A stretch of 36,296 bases of DNA from Chrysochromulina tobinii. Its lineage: Eukaryota. A program made the translations under genes and the position numbers. The stretch spans positions 1-36,296 of the forward strand of contig JWZX01001705.1 of NCBI GenBank assembly GCA_001275005.1, read 5' to 3'. Position 1 is the stretch's first letter. Each line of letters begins with the position of its first letter. Under the pieces are notes generated by a model that was not told the origin of the DNA, did no database searches, and saw only the letters and a list, made by a program, of their open reading frames with translations. Shown here one piece after another: positions 11,196 through 21,576 of the stretch.

Positions 11196-12632
11196 TCAGC
11201 GGCAGGTATGCCCTGGGCTGCTGCTACGGAACGGACTTAATCCTCCGAAGCCGCGTGTTCGCCGGCCGGCGGGAACTGGCGAGCGGCTGCTCTGGCCGAG
11301 GTGCGGGGCGCCGTGTGCGTCAGCACCGTGCGCGCCCGCGCCCACACTGGCGAGCGAGACGGATGAGGGCGAGCGGCTCGACGGTGGCCCGAGCACCACG
11401 AGAGCGCGTGCAGTTGGCGTGCTCACAGCGAGGTCGAGGCCCAGCTCACTTGTGCCACCGGCGCTGGTGCCGGCGTCGGTGCCGGCGCTGGTGCCGGCAC
11501 CATCCATGCCGGGGCTCGGGCCGGTGGTGGCCGCAGATGCGGTCGAAACGCCCGTGACCGCGCACGGTGAGGGCAGTGTGGACACCGAGCGTCGGTGGAC
11601 GGGGAGGACGGCGCTCTCCCACTCCTTCAGAGCGCACCAATAGGACAGGTTGGGGTCACAGCAGCGGCGCAGCTGGCGCAGCTCCTCGAAGACGTCCTCG
11701 GCCGGCCGTTGGTGCGCCCAGATGAGGTAGGCCATCGCTAGTGTGCATGAGCGTGAAATTCCGCGCTGGCAGTGCACGAGGACAGTGCCGCCCGACTGCA
11801 CGGCGGAGTGGATGAACTCGACACCCACCTTGAGCGCGTGCGGCAGGTGCGGCGCGTCCTGCGTCGAGTCGAGCAGCCCGAGCATACGGTGCATCGGCGC
11901 GCCCAGTGCACCCGCGAGCGGCGAGGGCTGGTCGGTACAGTTGAGGACGTGCGTGATGCCGCGGGCCTTGAGGCGCGAGAGCGAGGCAGCTGCGTGCTCG
12001 TCTCCCACCCAGAGCCCCGGCGTGATGAGCGTCATCGAGGGCACGCCGCTGCGCGATCGCACGCCACTCGAGGGTGTCCCGCTAGAGGGCGGCCCGGGAG
12101 CAAGGGGCAGCAATGTGGCCGCGCCCGACATCGCGGGCGCGGGCGCGGGCGCGGCCGTGGCAGCGACGACGCTCGATGTGACCGTCGAGCCCGTCGAGAT
12201 GCCAGTCAGCAGCGATGTTCCACTCCAGCCCGTATGTAGGCCACGATTGCTGTTGCGGCCAAAGTCGATGTCCGCCGGTTCGAAGGATGAGACGGTCGCA
12301 ATTGGCGGCGGCCGTGCTCCACGCGGCGAGGCAATGTGGTTGCTCATCACAGCGCACGAGCGCGCGAGCGGCGAAGTGAGGCGCGGCGGCGCGCCGCGGC
12401 ACGGGTGGTGTTGCTCCGTGCGGCGGCGGCGCTTGCCGAGCGCGCAGGCGCCGCGCGGTGACGGCTGCGCCAGGGAAGGGCTGCTGCTGCTACTGCGGCT
12501 CGCGAGCGCCTCCTCAAGCTCGGACGGGCTGCGCGAGCCGGGCGATGCGACGACAGGCGGAGGCGGCTCGACAGTAGTAGCGGCTGCGCACGTGGCGGTG
12601 TTTGAGCGGCGCGGCGAGCAGGGCGAGAGCAT
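11196..12632 (-). CDS. Dual-specificity protein phosphatase (MKP/DSP-like) with low-complexity flanks
   Basis: Motifs ITPGLWVG, GITHVLNC, the catalytic VLVHCQRGISRSCTLAMAYL and R..CDPN. Confidence 0.9.
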   Translation of the reverse strand: MLSPCSPRRSNTATCAAATTVEPPPPVVASPGSRSPSELEEALASRSSSSSPSLAQPSPRGACALGKRRRRTEQHHPCRGAPPRLTSPLARSCAVMSNHIASPRGARPPPIATVSSFEPADIDFGRNSNRGLHTGWSGTSLLTGISTGSTVTSSVVAATAAPAPAPAMSGAATLLPLAPGPPSSGTPSSGVRSRSGVPSMTLITPGLWVGDEHAAASLSRLKARGITHVLNCTDQPSPLAGALGAPMHRMLGLLDSTQDAPHLPHALKVGVEFIHSAVQSGGTVLVHCQRGISRSCTLAMAYLIWAHQRPAEDVFEELRQLRRCCDPNLSYWCALKEWESAVLPVHRRSVSTLPSPCAVTGVSTASAATTGPSPGMDGAGTSAGTDAGTSAGGTSELGLDLAVSTPTARALVVLGPPSSRSPSSVSLASVGAGAHGADAHGAPHLGQSSRSPVPAGRRTRGFGGLSPFRSSSPGHTCR

Positions 12633-12949
12633 TTTGATGGGGGGGTCCGAATTTGGTGGTAAATGGAACAGGCGTTCGGGCTCGGCGAAACTCGGCGTCG
12701 ATCGGCCACTTTCGCTGACCTATTCCGCTGTGAAGTCTGTAAAACCGTACGCTCCGGAGGCCAGCAGTGGTGGAAGGTTGTGGGCGGAGATGACGAAGGG
12801 GTTCCATCTAGACTTATCATCTTCCTTGACTTGTCTTGTCCTCACATCTGTGAACGTTGTGGCGCGAACGAAAGGCGCCGCGTATCAGACCGGAAGGCAG
12901 CTAGTCCTACCTGGCAGAGCGCCCCTCGGCGGGCCCGCCACGCGTCAGC

Positions 12950-15900
12950 ATGGCCGAGTCCATCACGACGGTCATCGAGCTGCTCCGCTCCAAGGACAAG
13001 GCGGAGCAGCTGCGCGGCTTCGGCGAGGCCGAGCGCTACCTAGACTCAGCGCTTGTCGACGCAGAGGCGATTCCAGAACTCGTCGATGCGATCGTGCCAG
13101 CGCTGTCCAACTCCAACCCAAAGTTCGTGCAAGAGGCGCTGGGACTGCTGATCGCACTTGTCGAGGTTATGGGCGAGGACCTTGCGCCCTACACCGGCGG
13201 CGTGTGGTCCCCGCTCGTCGATAAGCTCGGCGACAGCAAGAATGCCATCCGCGAGCGTGCCGTCGACCTGGCGGTCGCGCTGGCGACACTGGTGGTGCCC
13301 GCAGCCCAGGCGCTCGAGCGCATCCGCCCGGCGTGGGAGCACAAGAACTGGCGCGCGAGAGAGTCGTCGCTGCTCTGGCTCGGGCGCGTGCTCGCGTCGC
13401 AGGACTCGCCGAGCGCCGTTGGCTTCCCACTCAAGGGGCTGCTTCCGCACCTGGTGAAGCCGCTCGAGGATCGCGAGCCGCCCGTGCGCGAGGCGGCGAC
13501 GCTCGCCATCGAGCAGATGCTGCGCCACCAGGGCGACCCGCTCATCAACGAGCTCAACCGCTCGCAGGTGCGCCCGAATGTGCTGAAGCCTCTGCTCGTG
13601 CGCCTCGGCGCCGAGACGCCCGCGGCGGCGCCCCAGAGCGGCGGTTTCTCGGCGCGTAACGGCGGGCTGCACTCGAGCTCGGGCCTCTCGCACGGCTCGG
13701 CCGACGGCGGCTCCTCCCCTGCTCAGTCCCCGGGCCGGCGCTCGTGTGTGTCCGACCCAGCCGCGGCCCCCCATCGACCTGCGTCGGCGCGCAGCCACGA
13801 CGCGGCCGCCGTAGGTGGAGGCGGCGCGAGCAGCCGGCGGCCCGCGAGCCCGGCGCAACGGGCGCCGAGCTCAGCGCGCGGCCCGCCCCCCGGCGCCTTC
13901 GGCACCTCGGGAGCGGAAGCGCTCGTAGAGATAGAGGAGGTGCCGCCCGTGGCCGTCTACTCGGATCGAGAGCTCGGCGTCGAGATGACGGCGATCCACG
14001 AGCAGCTCAAGCACGCCGACGATTGGGCGGTGCGCTCGACCGCGCTGCGCCGCCTCCACTCGCTCGTCCTCGGCGGCGCGTGCGACTTTGACTCCTTCGC
14101 AGGCCACCTGAAGACGATGAAGGATGCCCTCGTCGCACAGCTGGCCGAGTTGCGCTCGTCGCTCGTGCGCGACGCGTGCGCGGCACTCGGTGCGGCGGCC
14201 GAGAAAATGCGCGAGAGCTTCGAACCCTTTTGCATCGACTTCGTGCCCCCGATGCTCAAGCAGACCACCGTCACCATCCAGGTGATTCGCGAGGCCTCGA
14301 ACCTGGGCCTGCGCACGCTGCTTGTGTACGCGACGCCAGCCAAAGTCACACCAAGGCTGCTTGTGGCGCTCGCGGACCGCTCGTCCTCGCTCCGCAAGAA
14401 TGCGATCGAGTACGTGCGCCTGCTGCTCGAGGCCACGCCCGTGCACTCCGAGGGCGAGCGCTGCCCACTCGAGAAGCACGCGGACGCTCTCGCGACAGCA
14501 CTCAAAGCCGCACTGACGGATGCCATCGCCGAAGTGCGTGCGACGGCGCGCCTCTCTTTTTGGGCGTACCACCGTCACTTCCCGTCGCGCACGGCGCGCC
14601 TGTTGCCCACCCTCGACGCCTCGACGCACAAGCTTGTCCTCGAGGAGCAGGCCAGCTATGCGGCGCGCGTCGAGCGCGGCGAGATCGCGCAGATCTCCGG
14701 CAACGTGCACGGTGGCTCGCGCGGCGCCGTCGGCGGCGCGGCGCCTGAACGGCCGCCATCGCGCCCGGGCTCGACAGCTCCCACTCGCGCGCCGCCGCCG
14801 CCGCCGCGTGCGCCCGCGGCGCCCGCCGAGGTCGCTGTCGCAAGCAGCGGCGGCGGTGGCTTTGGCGCGAGCGCCGTCGAGACGGGCAAGGGGCCGCAGC
14901 GCGCTCGATCACACACGCCGACGACGGGCGGCGCGCGGCGCGTGGCAGTCGGCTGTACGAGCACCTCGGGATCCGCGACCAACGCGCCGCCGCCCCCGGC
15001 GCAGCATCCGGCGTACCCAGTGCCCCCCACGGCGCGTCCTTCGTCGTCGTACGCTTCGGCCTCTTACGGCACGGCCGACGAGGCGCCCGGAATGGCGCCT
15101 CCTCCGCGTGCGCCTCCGAGGGGCTCTGACGACGTGCCGGTGCGGAGTACCGCCAGGGGCGCTGTGTCGGCCATGGAGGACGAGCCATCGGCGATGGCGG
15201 CGAGCGAGCGTGCAGCGGCGCTCCCCACCCCACGCGTCGCTCGCGAGGCGATGGCAGAGCGCGAGACGAGGCATGCCGAGCCGCCGGCACTATTGCCGGC
15301 ACGCAAGCTGGTCCTTGAGCGCTCCAACTCGTATGAGCGACGAGGCGTAGGCGGCTCTTCGGCCCCTTCGGGCTCTAGGTCTGTTGCTGTGGACGACGCG
15401 GAGCCGGCCGAAGCTGGGTTGCCGTATGAAGATGCGGCGGCGGTGCTGAACAAGGCAAACTCGCCCGTGTGGTCCGTGCGCGTCACAGCGCTCGGCGAGC
15501 TCGTGGCGCTCATGAAGGCGCCCGAGCGACGCGCCGAGGTGGGCGCGCACGCGGACAAGACAGTGGCACTGGTGCTCGAGAGGCTGAGTGACGCGCACTA
15601 CCGCGTCGTGCATGCGGCCCTGACGTGCACGTGCACGCTCGCCGCGACCTTTCCGAACGCCCTCGAGCCTTCGCTTGAGAGGCTGCTTCCGCAGCTCCTC
15701 ATCCGCACCCAGGAGACGCGCGACACAGTGCGCGCCGTGGCGCACGCGGCGCTCCAAGCGGTGCAGGCCGCCTTTAGCCCCGAGACGCTGCTGCCAGTGC
15801 TGCTGCGCATCGTCGACGTGCCCACGCCGCGCGTGCGCGCAAGTGCCCTCCAGCTCCTGGCGGCCGCTGCGGCGAGCGCGCAGCCGTACCTGTCGACGCC

Positions 15901-17290
15901 CTCGCACATGCGCGCGTGCGTGGCCAAGACGCACCCGCACCTGGCCGACAAGAATGCGGATCTGCGGCGCGCGACGCTTGCGGCGCTGCACGCGCTGCAC
16001 GAGACGGCGCCCGCGGTCTTCGTCACTCAGGTGAGCTTTCTCGCGCCGCCCGCGCAGAACCAGATTCGCACGCATATGTCGCAGCGTTCAGCCACGATCG
16101 AGGCCGAGCTCGCCGCCGCAACCAAGCAGCGCAAGGCGATGGGCGCAGGCGCCGCCGGCCCGCCCTCGCCTTCCGCCGCCGCACCGCCGACGCCCACCGT
16201 CGCCGCCCCTCCGCCCGCGCCGCCGCCTAGCCTGCCGCCGGTACCCAGCCATGCTGTCGGTGCGAGCGCCGCCGCACCCCCGATGCCGCCCCGCCCGTCG
16301 GCGCGCGCGCTGCCCGCCGCCGTCGACAGCAGTAGCAGCGCCGGCAGCACGAGCGCGGCGGGCTGCTCCGAGGTGCCGCCAGCTCGCGCCCAACATCAGC
16401 CCTTGGCGCAGCAGCCCTTGACGCAGCTCTCGACGAACCAGCAGTCGCCGAGCTTGGTAACGCTCGCCACGGCGCTCCACACAGCCGCCGAGGACTGGCT
16501 GGCGCTCATGCCGCAGCTGCTTCGCCAGCTGGCAGGCACCCAGGTCGGTGCGAACCACCGCGACGCGTTGCTCAAGCTGCAGAAGATGGCTTTGTGCGCC
16601 CCCGCGGACGCGGCGGTGTGGGTGGCACACTTCGAACACGCGCTCGAGGCGATCCTTCGCGCCATGCAGGCCACGGATGAGAAGATCCGCGAGCTCTCGA
16701 TGGCGTGCATGAAGGACCTGCTTCGCTCGCAGGCGAAGCGCTTCAAGGCATTCACTGAGCACGTACTGCTCCGTCTCCTTGCCGCGGGGCGTGACGCGTC
16801 GCGCGACGTCGCCGCGGCGGCCGAGGACGCACTTGAGCTCCTCCTCTCCCTCTCGGACGCGCATCGGTGCATGGCCGTCCTCGTCCCAGTCGTGATGAAG
16901 GAGGCGACACCCACCCTGCAGATGGCAGTCCGCCTCCAATCCAAGCTCGTGCCGCGCTTCTCGCAGCTGCAGCTGCTTGCCATCCTGCCGCAGGTGCTGC
17001 CGCCGCTCTTCGAGGCCTTCAAGAACCCGAACGCCGACGTGCGCAAGGCCGTCGTCTTTTGCCTCGTGGACATGTACATGGTCCTCGGCGAGCAGCTCAC
17101 GCCTCATCTGGCGGTGCTCTCGACTTCGCAGCTCAAGCTGGTGACCATCTACATCAACCGCACCGCAAAGGCCCGCGCCGACCGCGATGCGAGCTCACCT
17201 GAGGGCGCCGCCTCCGCCCTCGCGTATAGCAATGGGTCGCCCAAGCCATCCCAGCCGAACGGAATGTTGCTACGCAATGAGGTGTGCTGA
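12950..17290 (+). CDS. CLASP: CLIP-associating protein (CLASP), TOG/HEAT-repeat microtubule regulator
   Basis: TOG1 (LVDKLGDSKNAIRERA, WEHKNWRARE), TOG2 (DDWAVR..LRSSLVRDAC), a third HEAT block, and the C-terminal CLIP-interacting domain LPPLFEAFKNPNADVRKAVVFCLVDMY..QLKLVTIYINR. Confidence 0.93.
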   Translation: MAESITTVIELLRSKDKAEQLRGFGEAERYLDSALVDAEAIPELVDAIVPALSNSNPKFVQEALGLLIALVEVMGEDLAPYTGGVWSPLVDKLGDSKNAIRERAVDLAVALATLVVPAAQALERIRPAWEHKNWRARESSLLWLGRVLASQDSPSAVGFPLKGLLPHLVKPLEDREPPVREAATLAIEQMLRHQGDPLINELNRSQVRPNVLKPLLVRLGAETPAAAPQSGGFSARNGGLHSSSGLSHGSADGGSSPAQSPGRRSCVSDPAAAPHRPASARSHDAAAVGGGGASSRRPASPAQRAPSSARGPPPGAFGTSGAEALVEIEEVPPVAVYSDRELGVEMTAIHEQLKHADDWAVRSTALRRLHSLVLGGACDFDSFAGHLKTMKDALVAQLAELRSSLVRDACAALGAAAEKMRESFEPFCIDFVPPMLKQTTVTIQVIREASNLGLRTLLVYATPAKVTPRLLVALADRSSSLRKNAIEYVRLLLEATPVHSEGERCPLEKHADALATALKAALTDAIAEVRATARLSFWAYHRHFPSRTARLLPTLDASTHKLVLEEQASYAARVERGEIAQISGNVHGGSRGAVGGAAPERPPSRPGSTAPTRAPPPPPRAPAAPAEVAVASSGGGGFGASAVETGKGPQRARSHTPTTGGARRVAVGCTSTSGSATNAPPPPAQHPAYPVPPTARPSSSYASASYGTADEAPGMAPPPRAPPRGSDDVPVRSTARGAVSAMEDEPSAMAASERAAALPTPRVAREAMAERETRHAEPPALLPARKLVLERSNSYERRGVGGSSAPSGSRSVAVDDAEPAEAGLPYEDAAAVLNKANSPVWSVRVTALGELVALMKAPERRAEVGAHADKTVALVLERLSDAHYRVVHAALTCTCTLAATFPNALEPSLERLLPQLLIRTQETRDTVRAVAHAALQAVQAAFSPETLLPVLLRIVDVPTPRVRASALQLLAAAAASAQPYLSTPSHMRACVAKTHPHLADKNADLRRATLAALHALHETAPAVFVTQVSFLAPPAQNQIRTHMSQRSATIEAELAAATKQRKAMGAGAAGPPSPSAAAPPTPTVAAPPPAPPPSLPPVPSHAVGASAAAPPMPPRPSARALPAAVDSSSSAGSTSAAGCSEVPPARAQHQPLAQQPLTQLSTNQQSPSLVTLATALHTAAEDWLALMPQLLRQLAGTQVGANHRDALLKLQKMALCAPADAAVWVAHFEHALEAILRAMQATDEKIRELSMACMKDLLRSQAKRFKAFTEHVLLRLLAAGRDASRDVAAAAEDALELLLSLSDAHRCMAVLVPVVMKEATPTLQMAVRLQSKLVPRFSQLQLLAILPQVLPPLFEAFKNPNADVRKAVVFCLVDMYMVLGEQLTPHLAVLSTSQLKLVTIYINRTAKARADRDASSPEGAASALAYSNGSPKPSQPNGMLLRNEVC

Positions 17291-18169
17291 GCACGCGGCC
17301 TCGCCGCACGCCACGACGCCCGCCGATGGGCTTGCAGTGCGTCCGACACGACGCCACACCGAGGGCGGACGACACCGTCGAGTGGGGTAGAGGCCAATGT
17401 GAACGTGACGAGGGCGTGTGGCGGTGTGAGTCAGGAGCTGGGCTGGTGCGTCAGAGGGACTTGCATATGACTAGGCACGGTGGCTGCCAGGAAAGCGCGG
17501 CGCGCATACGACGTCGCGAGCATGCGCATGTGTGCTGTCTGCATTGTGCTGTGGATGGCCCCGGGAGCATGTGCGCACATCACATGCACTTCGATGATCG
17601 AACGTGGCGTGGTACGGTAGCTCAGAGCCTCTTGTACTACGCAATCACCCCCCCCGCGCGCGCGCGCCCCACTGCGACGACTCCGACGGAGTGTGCGGGA
17701 CTCGAGGTGCGAGGTGTGGCTGTAGAGACCCAGTCGGCTGTAGTACATTTTGGCGTGTGTCACGCTCGCGCATGGGGCAGCGATGTGGCGTGGACTAGCG
17801 CCGGTCGGGTAGGGGCGCGGCATGTGCCGATGTGGCGTCGCGGGCGACCACGGCGTTCAGCGTCGACGACGCATCGGTGCGCCGGTTCATTAGCACGTGT
17901 CTACGAGCGGACGTGCAGCGCATCTCAGCCGTCTATCGAGAAACGTTCGAATCTAGAATCTTCCTCGCACTTCATCAATAGCGTGATCCGCGCTGGAGCA
18001 TCATGTTTTCGCTTGGCTACTTTATTGCGTCCGTACCGTACCGTGTACTAGCACCGACGGTGTCTTGAGTGTCTACGAACTACGCTGCCGTGCGGGGCGG
18101 CCACGCTCCATTGAACCCCCGGGCTCGTGTGATGACTGTGATCGAAGATCGTATTGCTCACCGGCGGGG

Positions 18170-19171
18170 TCATGCGTGCGGAAACGGCCCTACAAGGAAC
18201 GGATCGCCCTCTGCAACGCCATCGGGGACCACCACATCAAATTCGCGCCCGTCCTCGAGTTGGACCCGCAACGCTCGACCCTCGCCAAGCTCTGCCGGGC
18301 AGACAACCTGCAGCAGGCCGGCGCTCGCCTCGGGCATCTCCTCGGGCTTCGCGTCGAGCATCTCGATCTCGTCACTGCGCCCAGCCGGCGGCGGCAAGAT
18401 GACGGAGTCGATGATGTGGATGACGCCGTTGGTGCACTCGATGTCGGTCGTCACGACCTTAGCGCCGTCGACCATGACGCCGTCCTTGCCGACCTTGATG
18501 GTGATCTCGGCGCCGTTGACAGTGGCCACTTTCTTGCCGTCCATGGTGACGACAGTGCTGGCCATGACCTTACCAGAGACCACGTGGTACGTGAGGATAC
18601 TCGCGAGCTTCGCCTTGTTCTCGGGCTTGAGGAGCGCCTCGACGGTCCCTAAAGGCAGGTTGGCAAAGGCAGCATCCGTCGGCGCGAAGACGGTGAATGG
18701 CCCTGCACTCTTCATGGTGCCGACGAGACCGGCAGCACCAAGAGCTGAGGCGAGGGTCTTGAAAGCGCCAGCGCCAACTGCTGTGTCAACGATGTCGATC
18801 CTCTTCGGAGCCGCGGCCGCAGGCGCCGCAGCGATCGTCTCTGCAGGAGGAGCACTCGCAGTGGCGGCCTCCTGCATCATTTGACGTAGCTTAATGATTC
18901 GCTTTCTCGCAAACTCTTCCTCGTTCCGGTTGATCATCTTGATCAGATTCCTTTTGTTGTCGATTTGGGCCCACAAGTCGTCGTCCATGCCCCATTCGCG
19001 CAGCTTTGCCGGTACTTTGGAGCCCTTCAATAGCGTGGAGCCACGTGGTAGCGGCGGAGAAGCGGAGGTGATCGATTCTTGCATCGACGCTAAGAGTGAC
19101 CGTTTTACGCTGTGTTGAAAAGTGGCGGCGTGCAGCCAGCCATTCACCAGCAGCAGCGTGGAGAGCAGCAT
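18170..19171 (-). CDS. Fasciclin (FAS1) domain protein with an N-terminal targeting peptide
   Basis: Contains [35 protein letters not shown] and [19 protein letters not shown]. The likely start is [15 protein letters not shown] at 19171. Confidence 0.9.
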   Translation of the reverse strand: MLLSTLLLVNGWLHAATFQHSVKRSLLASMQESITSASPPLPRGSTLLKGSKVPAKLREWGMDDDLWAQIDNKRNLIKMINRNEEEFARKRIIKLRQMMQEAATASAPPAETIAAAPAAAAPKRIDIVDTAVGAGAFKTLASALGAAGLVGTMKSAGPFTVFAPTDAAFANLPLGTVEALLKPENKAKLASILTYHVVSGKVMASTVVTMDGKKVATVNGAEITIKVGKDGVMVDGAKVVTTDIECTNGVIHIIDSVILPPPAGRSDEIEMLDAKPEEMPEASAGLLQVVCPAELGEGRALRVQLEDGREFDVVVPDGVAEGDPFLVGPFPHA

Positions 19172-19259
19172 GGTGAGAATCGCGGCGTGAAAAGGCCTTC
19201 TGTGAAGCACAAGAAGTCGACCCTCGGTTTCATACACATACACTCTCCCAGCCGAACTG

Positions 19260-19931
19260 TCATACGACCCTCATATTGTATGTGGAAGACTCCACCGCAA
19301 CCGCATGCTTCCCGCCTGCAGCATGATCCTCCTCCGGCTCGTCCACAGCCATGGAAGAATACCCAGGGCTGCGGTTGAAGCAGCACAAGCACCGTCGATA
19401 GAGTGATGGACGCTTGGCACTACATGTAGCGTCCTCATCGGCCGCTCGAACTTGCAGCACGGATGATTCAGGAAAAAGCTCACTTGCATGGGCTGCCCAG
19501 CGCGCGGCTGGGCTTCTGTCCTCCTCCTCAACACCAGGCTCTGGTTCAGCAAAGAGCTCACGCGCACGATCGACCCAGCGTGCGGCATCGCTGACCTCGG
19601 TTGGTTCTGTAGACGCCTTAGCTGGCGGCAACAGCACCGGTCTAGGAGAATCGTCCGCAAGCGTGAGGCGGGATGAGGCGGGTCCCGATGTGACGGGCCC
19701 CGACAGAGCTTCGATCTTCCTTCGCCAAGCCGCAACCTCATCGTCTTCGTCCAAGGAAACTGCACTCCAAGATGCTGGATCCTCGTCCACACTCTTCTGA
19801 ATCTGCTCGATTCGTTCCATGGATGACTTGATATTTAATGCTAGTGCATTCTGCATCGCCGATACTTCAGCCATGGCGGCCATTGCTTGCAGGCGTTCGC
19901 GCACAGAGGCAAGATGCGAGTCAGCATCCAT
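19260..19931 (-). CDS. Hypothetical protein (coiled N-terminus, internal AARW..ELF repeat, Cys cluster)
   Basis: Open frame from MDADSHLAS with plausible composition. No recognisable family. Confidence 0.5.
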   Translation of the reverse strand: MDADSHLASVRERLQAMAAMAEVSAMQNALALNIKSSMERIEQIQKSVDEDPASWSAVSLDEDDEVAAWRRKIEALSGPVTSGPASSRLTLADDSPRPVLLPPAKASTEPTEVSDAARWVDRARELFAEPEPGVEEEDRSPAARWAAHASELFPESSVLQVRAADEDATCSAKRPSLYRRCLCCFNRSPGYSSMAVDEPEEDHAAGGKHAVAVESSTYNMRVV

Positions 19932-20558
19932 CGAGGAAGGTGAGGACAGAGTGTGCTGACGAGACTCTCTCCATTTCTCCGTTTGAAACGCGTCCCTTTT
20001 TCGTTCTTCAAGTTGCATGCCAAACTTTCGTGAAGCAAATTGGTTTCAAACCCGTCGGCGCACCTGGCACACACGGAGCCGTTGCGCCTGCCGCCCTTCA
20101 CGTTGTTCGCCCCTGAAGGCAACCAGTCTAGCGCTCTCGCGCTATAACCCACCTATCTCTATCTCCGCTTCTCGGCCGCATTCGGATCTATGTGGCAGGA
20201 CACGCAGGATTAATCAGGATTAATAGGTACGTGAGGAGGGGCGTGGGCCTCCAGTGGGATGGGATTTGGGGTTTCGTTGAGGTAGTCGTCGACGGAAAGA
20301 GTGTGATTGAGGTTGTCTCACCGGCTCCGGCTTCGCAGTGTGAGGTGCTGACTGCTGACTGCTGTACTACACCGGGCCGTAGTAGTGTACGGTACAACGG
20401 TGTAGACCGTACACGCTACACCCGCACCGTTCGACGTTAGGGGTTAGGACGTTGATCGAGATATGTAGTATTGTGACAAAGAATTATACCTTCTAGCTTC
20501 TTTGACCTAATTCCTAAACGTAGTAACATGTGTGTCCAACTCGGCTCATCACCGATGA

Positions 20559-21377
20559 CTATGTCTCCACGCTCCTGAAGATCTGAGTGAAAGTTCCCTT
20601 GGGCGCGCGGTAGCCCTCGGGCAGCAGGCGCTGCTGCAGCCAGTTGAAGGCATATTGGCCGAGGGCCCCCATGTTCTTGCGCATGTTGAGCCAGCGCACG
20701 CCGTGCGAGCGCATCGCGTCGAGCAGCTCATTGGCCTCAGCCTCCGAGACGGCGTGCCGCTCGTGCAGCAGCCGCGCCTGCTCCGCGGTCACCGCCATGC
20801 TCGTGCGATCCTTGCCCGACTTGCAAGAGGTGATCCGTCCGCCACCAAGCTCGCGCACGAGCCGCTCAGTGAGCGCGATCACCTCGGTGTCCTTGTTGAC
20901 GAGCTCAACGGAGCGCAGGATGGTCGCCTCGACAGCATGCATCAGCTCGCGCAGTCGGCGCCGCTCGAGCTCCAAGTCGAACTTGGCGGTGCTCGAGATG
21001 CCATCTCGGTTGGAGATGCCATCTCGGTCGGCGATGCCATCTCGGGTGGCGGTGCTCGAGATTCCAACCGAGATGCCAACCCCCCGCCCACTGACCTCGC
21101 CCGAGCCTAAGGCCGTTGTCGTGTTGGACGCGGTGGAGGAGGCAAAGCTGATGTAAGCCTCGTGGTAGCGTCGCAGCAGCTCGAGTGCACGGCAGTTGAT
21201 GATCTCCTGCAGCTCCGCGTGCCCGACCGCGTTGGCCATGCTTTGCTGCGCGTTGATGCCCTGCGAGATCAGCGCGACGATACAGCGGATGAGCTGCCCT
21301 TGCTTGAGCTCTTCGGGCAGCTCGGCCCACCGCGCAGGCGGCATGAAGATCTCGAGCACGAGATTGCGGCTGCCGGG
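20559..21377 (-). CDS. C-terminal catalytic part of an inositol polyphosphate 4-phosphatase (INPP4-like); 5' part not found
   Basis: Contains the CX5R motif ITSCKSGKDRTSMAVT(AEQ), QGINAQQSMA, MRSHGVRWLNMRKN and YAFN..Q..LLPEGYRAP.GT. A candidate acceptor (ccggcag) ends at 21378. The Gly-rich N-terminus in the ORF track is the antisense of the SPPPP repeat. Confidence 0.85.
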   Translation of the reverse strand, partial: PGSRNLVLEIFMPPARWAELPEELKQGQLIRCIVALISQGINAQQSMANAVGHAELQEIINCRALELLRRYHEAYISFASSTASNTTTALGSGEVSGRGVGISVGISSTATRDGIADRDGISNRDGISSTAKFDLELERRRLRELMHAVEATILRSVELVNKDTEVIALTERLVRELGGGRITSCKSGKDRTSMAVTAEQARLLHERHAVSEAEANELLDAMRSHGVRWLNMRKNMGALGQYAFNWLQQRLLPEGYRAPKGTFTQIFRSVET

Positions 21378-21399
21378 CTGCCGGCCACGCGCACGTGCG

Positions 21400-21576
21400 C
21401 CACCGCCGCCCTCGCCGCCGCCGCCCTCGCCGCCGCCGCCTTCGCCGCCGCCGCCTTCGCCGCCGCCGCCCTCGCCGCCACCGCCCTCACCGCCGCCGCC
21501 CTCGCCACCGCCGCCCTCGCCACCGCCGCCCTCGCCACCGCCCTTGCCGCCGCCGCCCTCGCCACCGCCGCCCTCG
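21400..21576 (+). repeat. 15-nt tandem repeat encoding (SPPPP)n extensin-like linker
   Basis: About 11-12 copies of tcgcc(g/a)ccgccgccc. Confidence 0.95.

Noticed and set aside
9047..17107. Many long overlapping antisense or alternate-frame ORFs (e.g. 9047-10438, 11743-13224, 16088-17107)
   Set aside because: Expected shadows of high-GC3 coding sequence. The real genes lie in other frames with recognisable motifs.
20436..20448. Telomere-like TTAGGGGTTAGG in an AT-richer intergenic tract
   Set aside because: Fewer than two perfect units, so compatible with chance.
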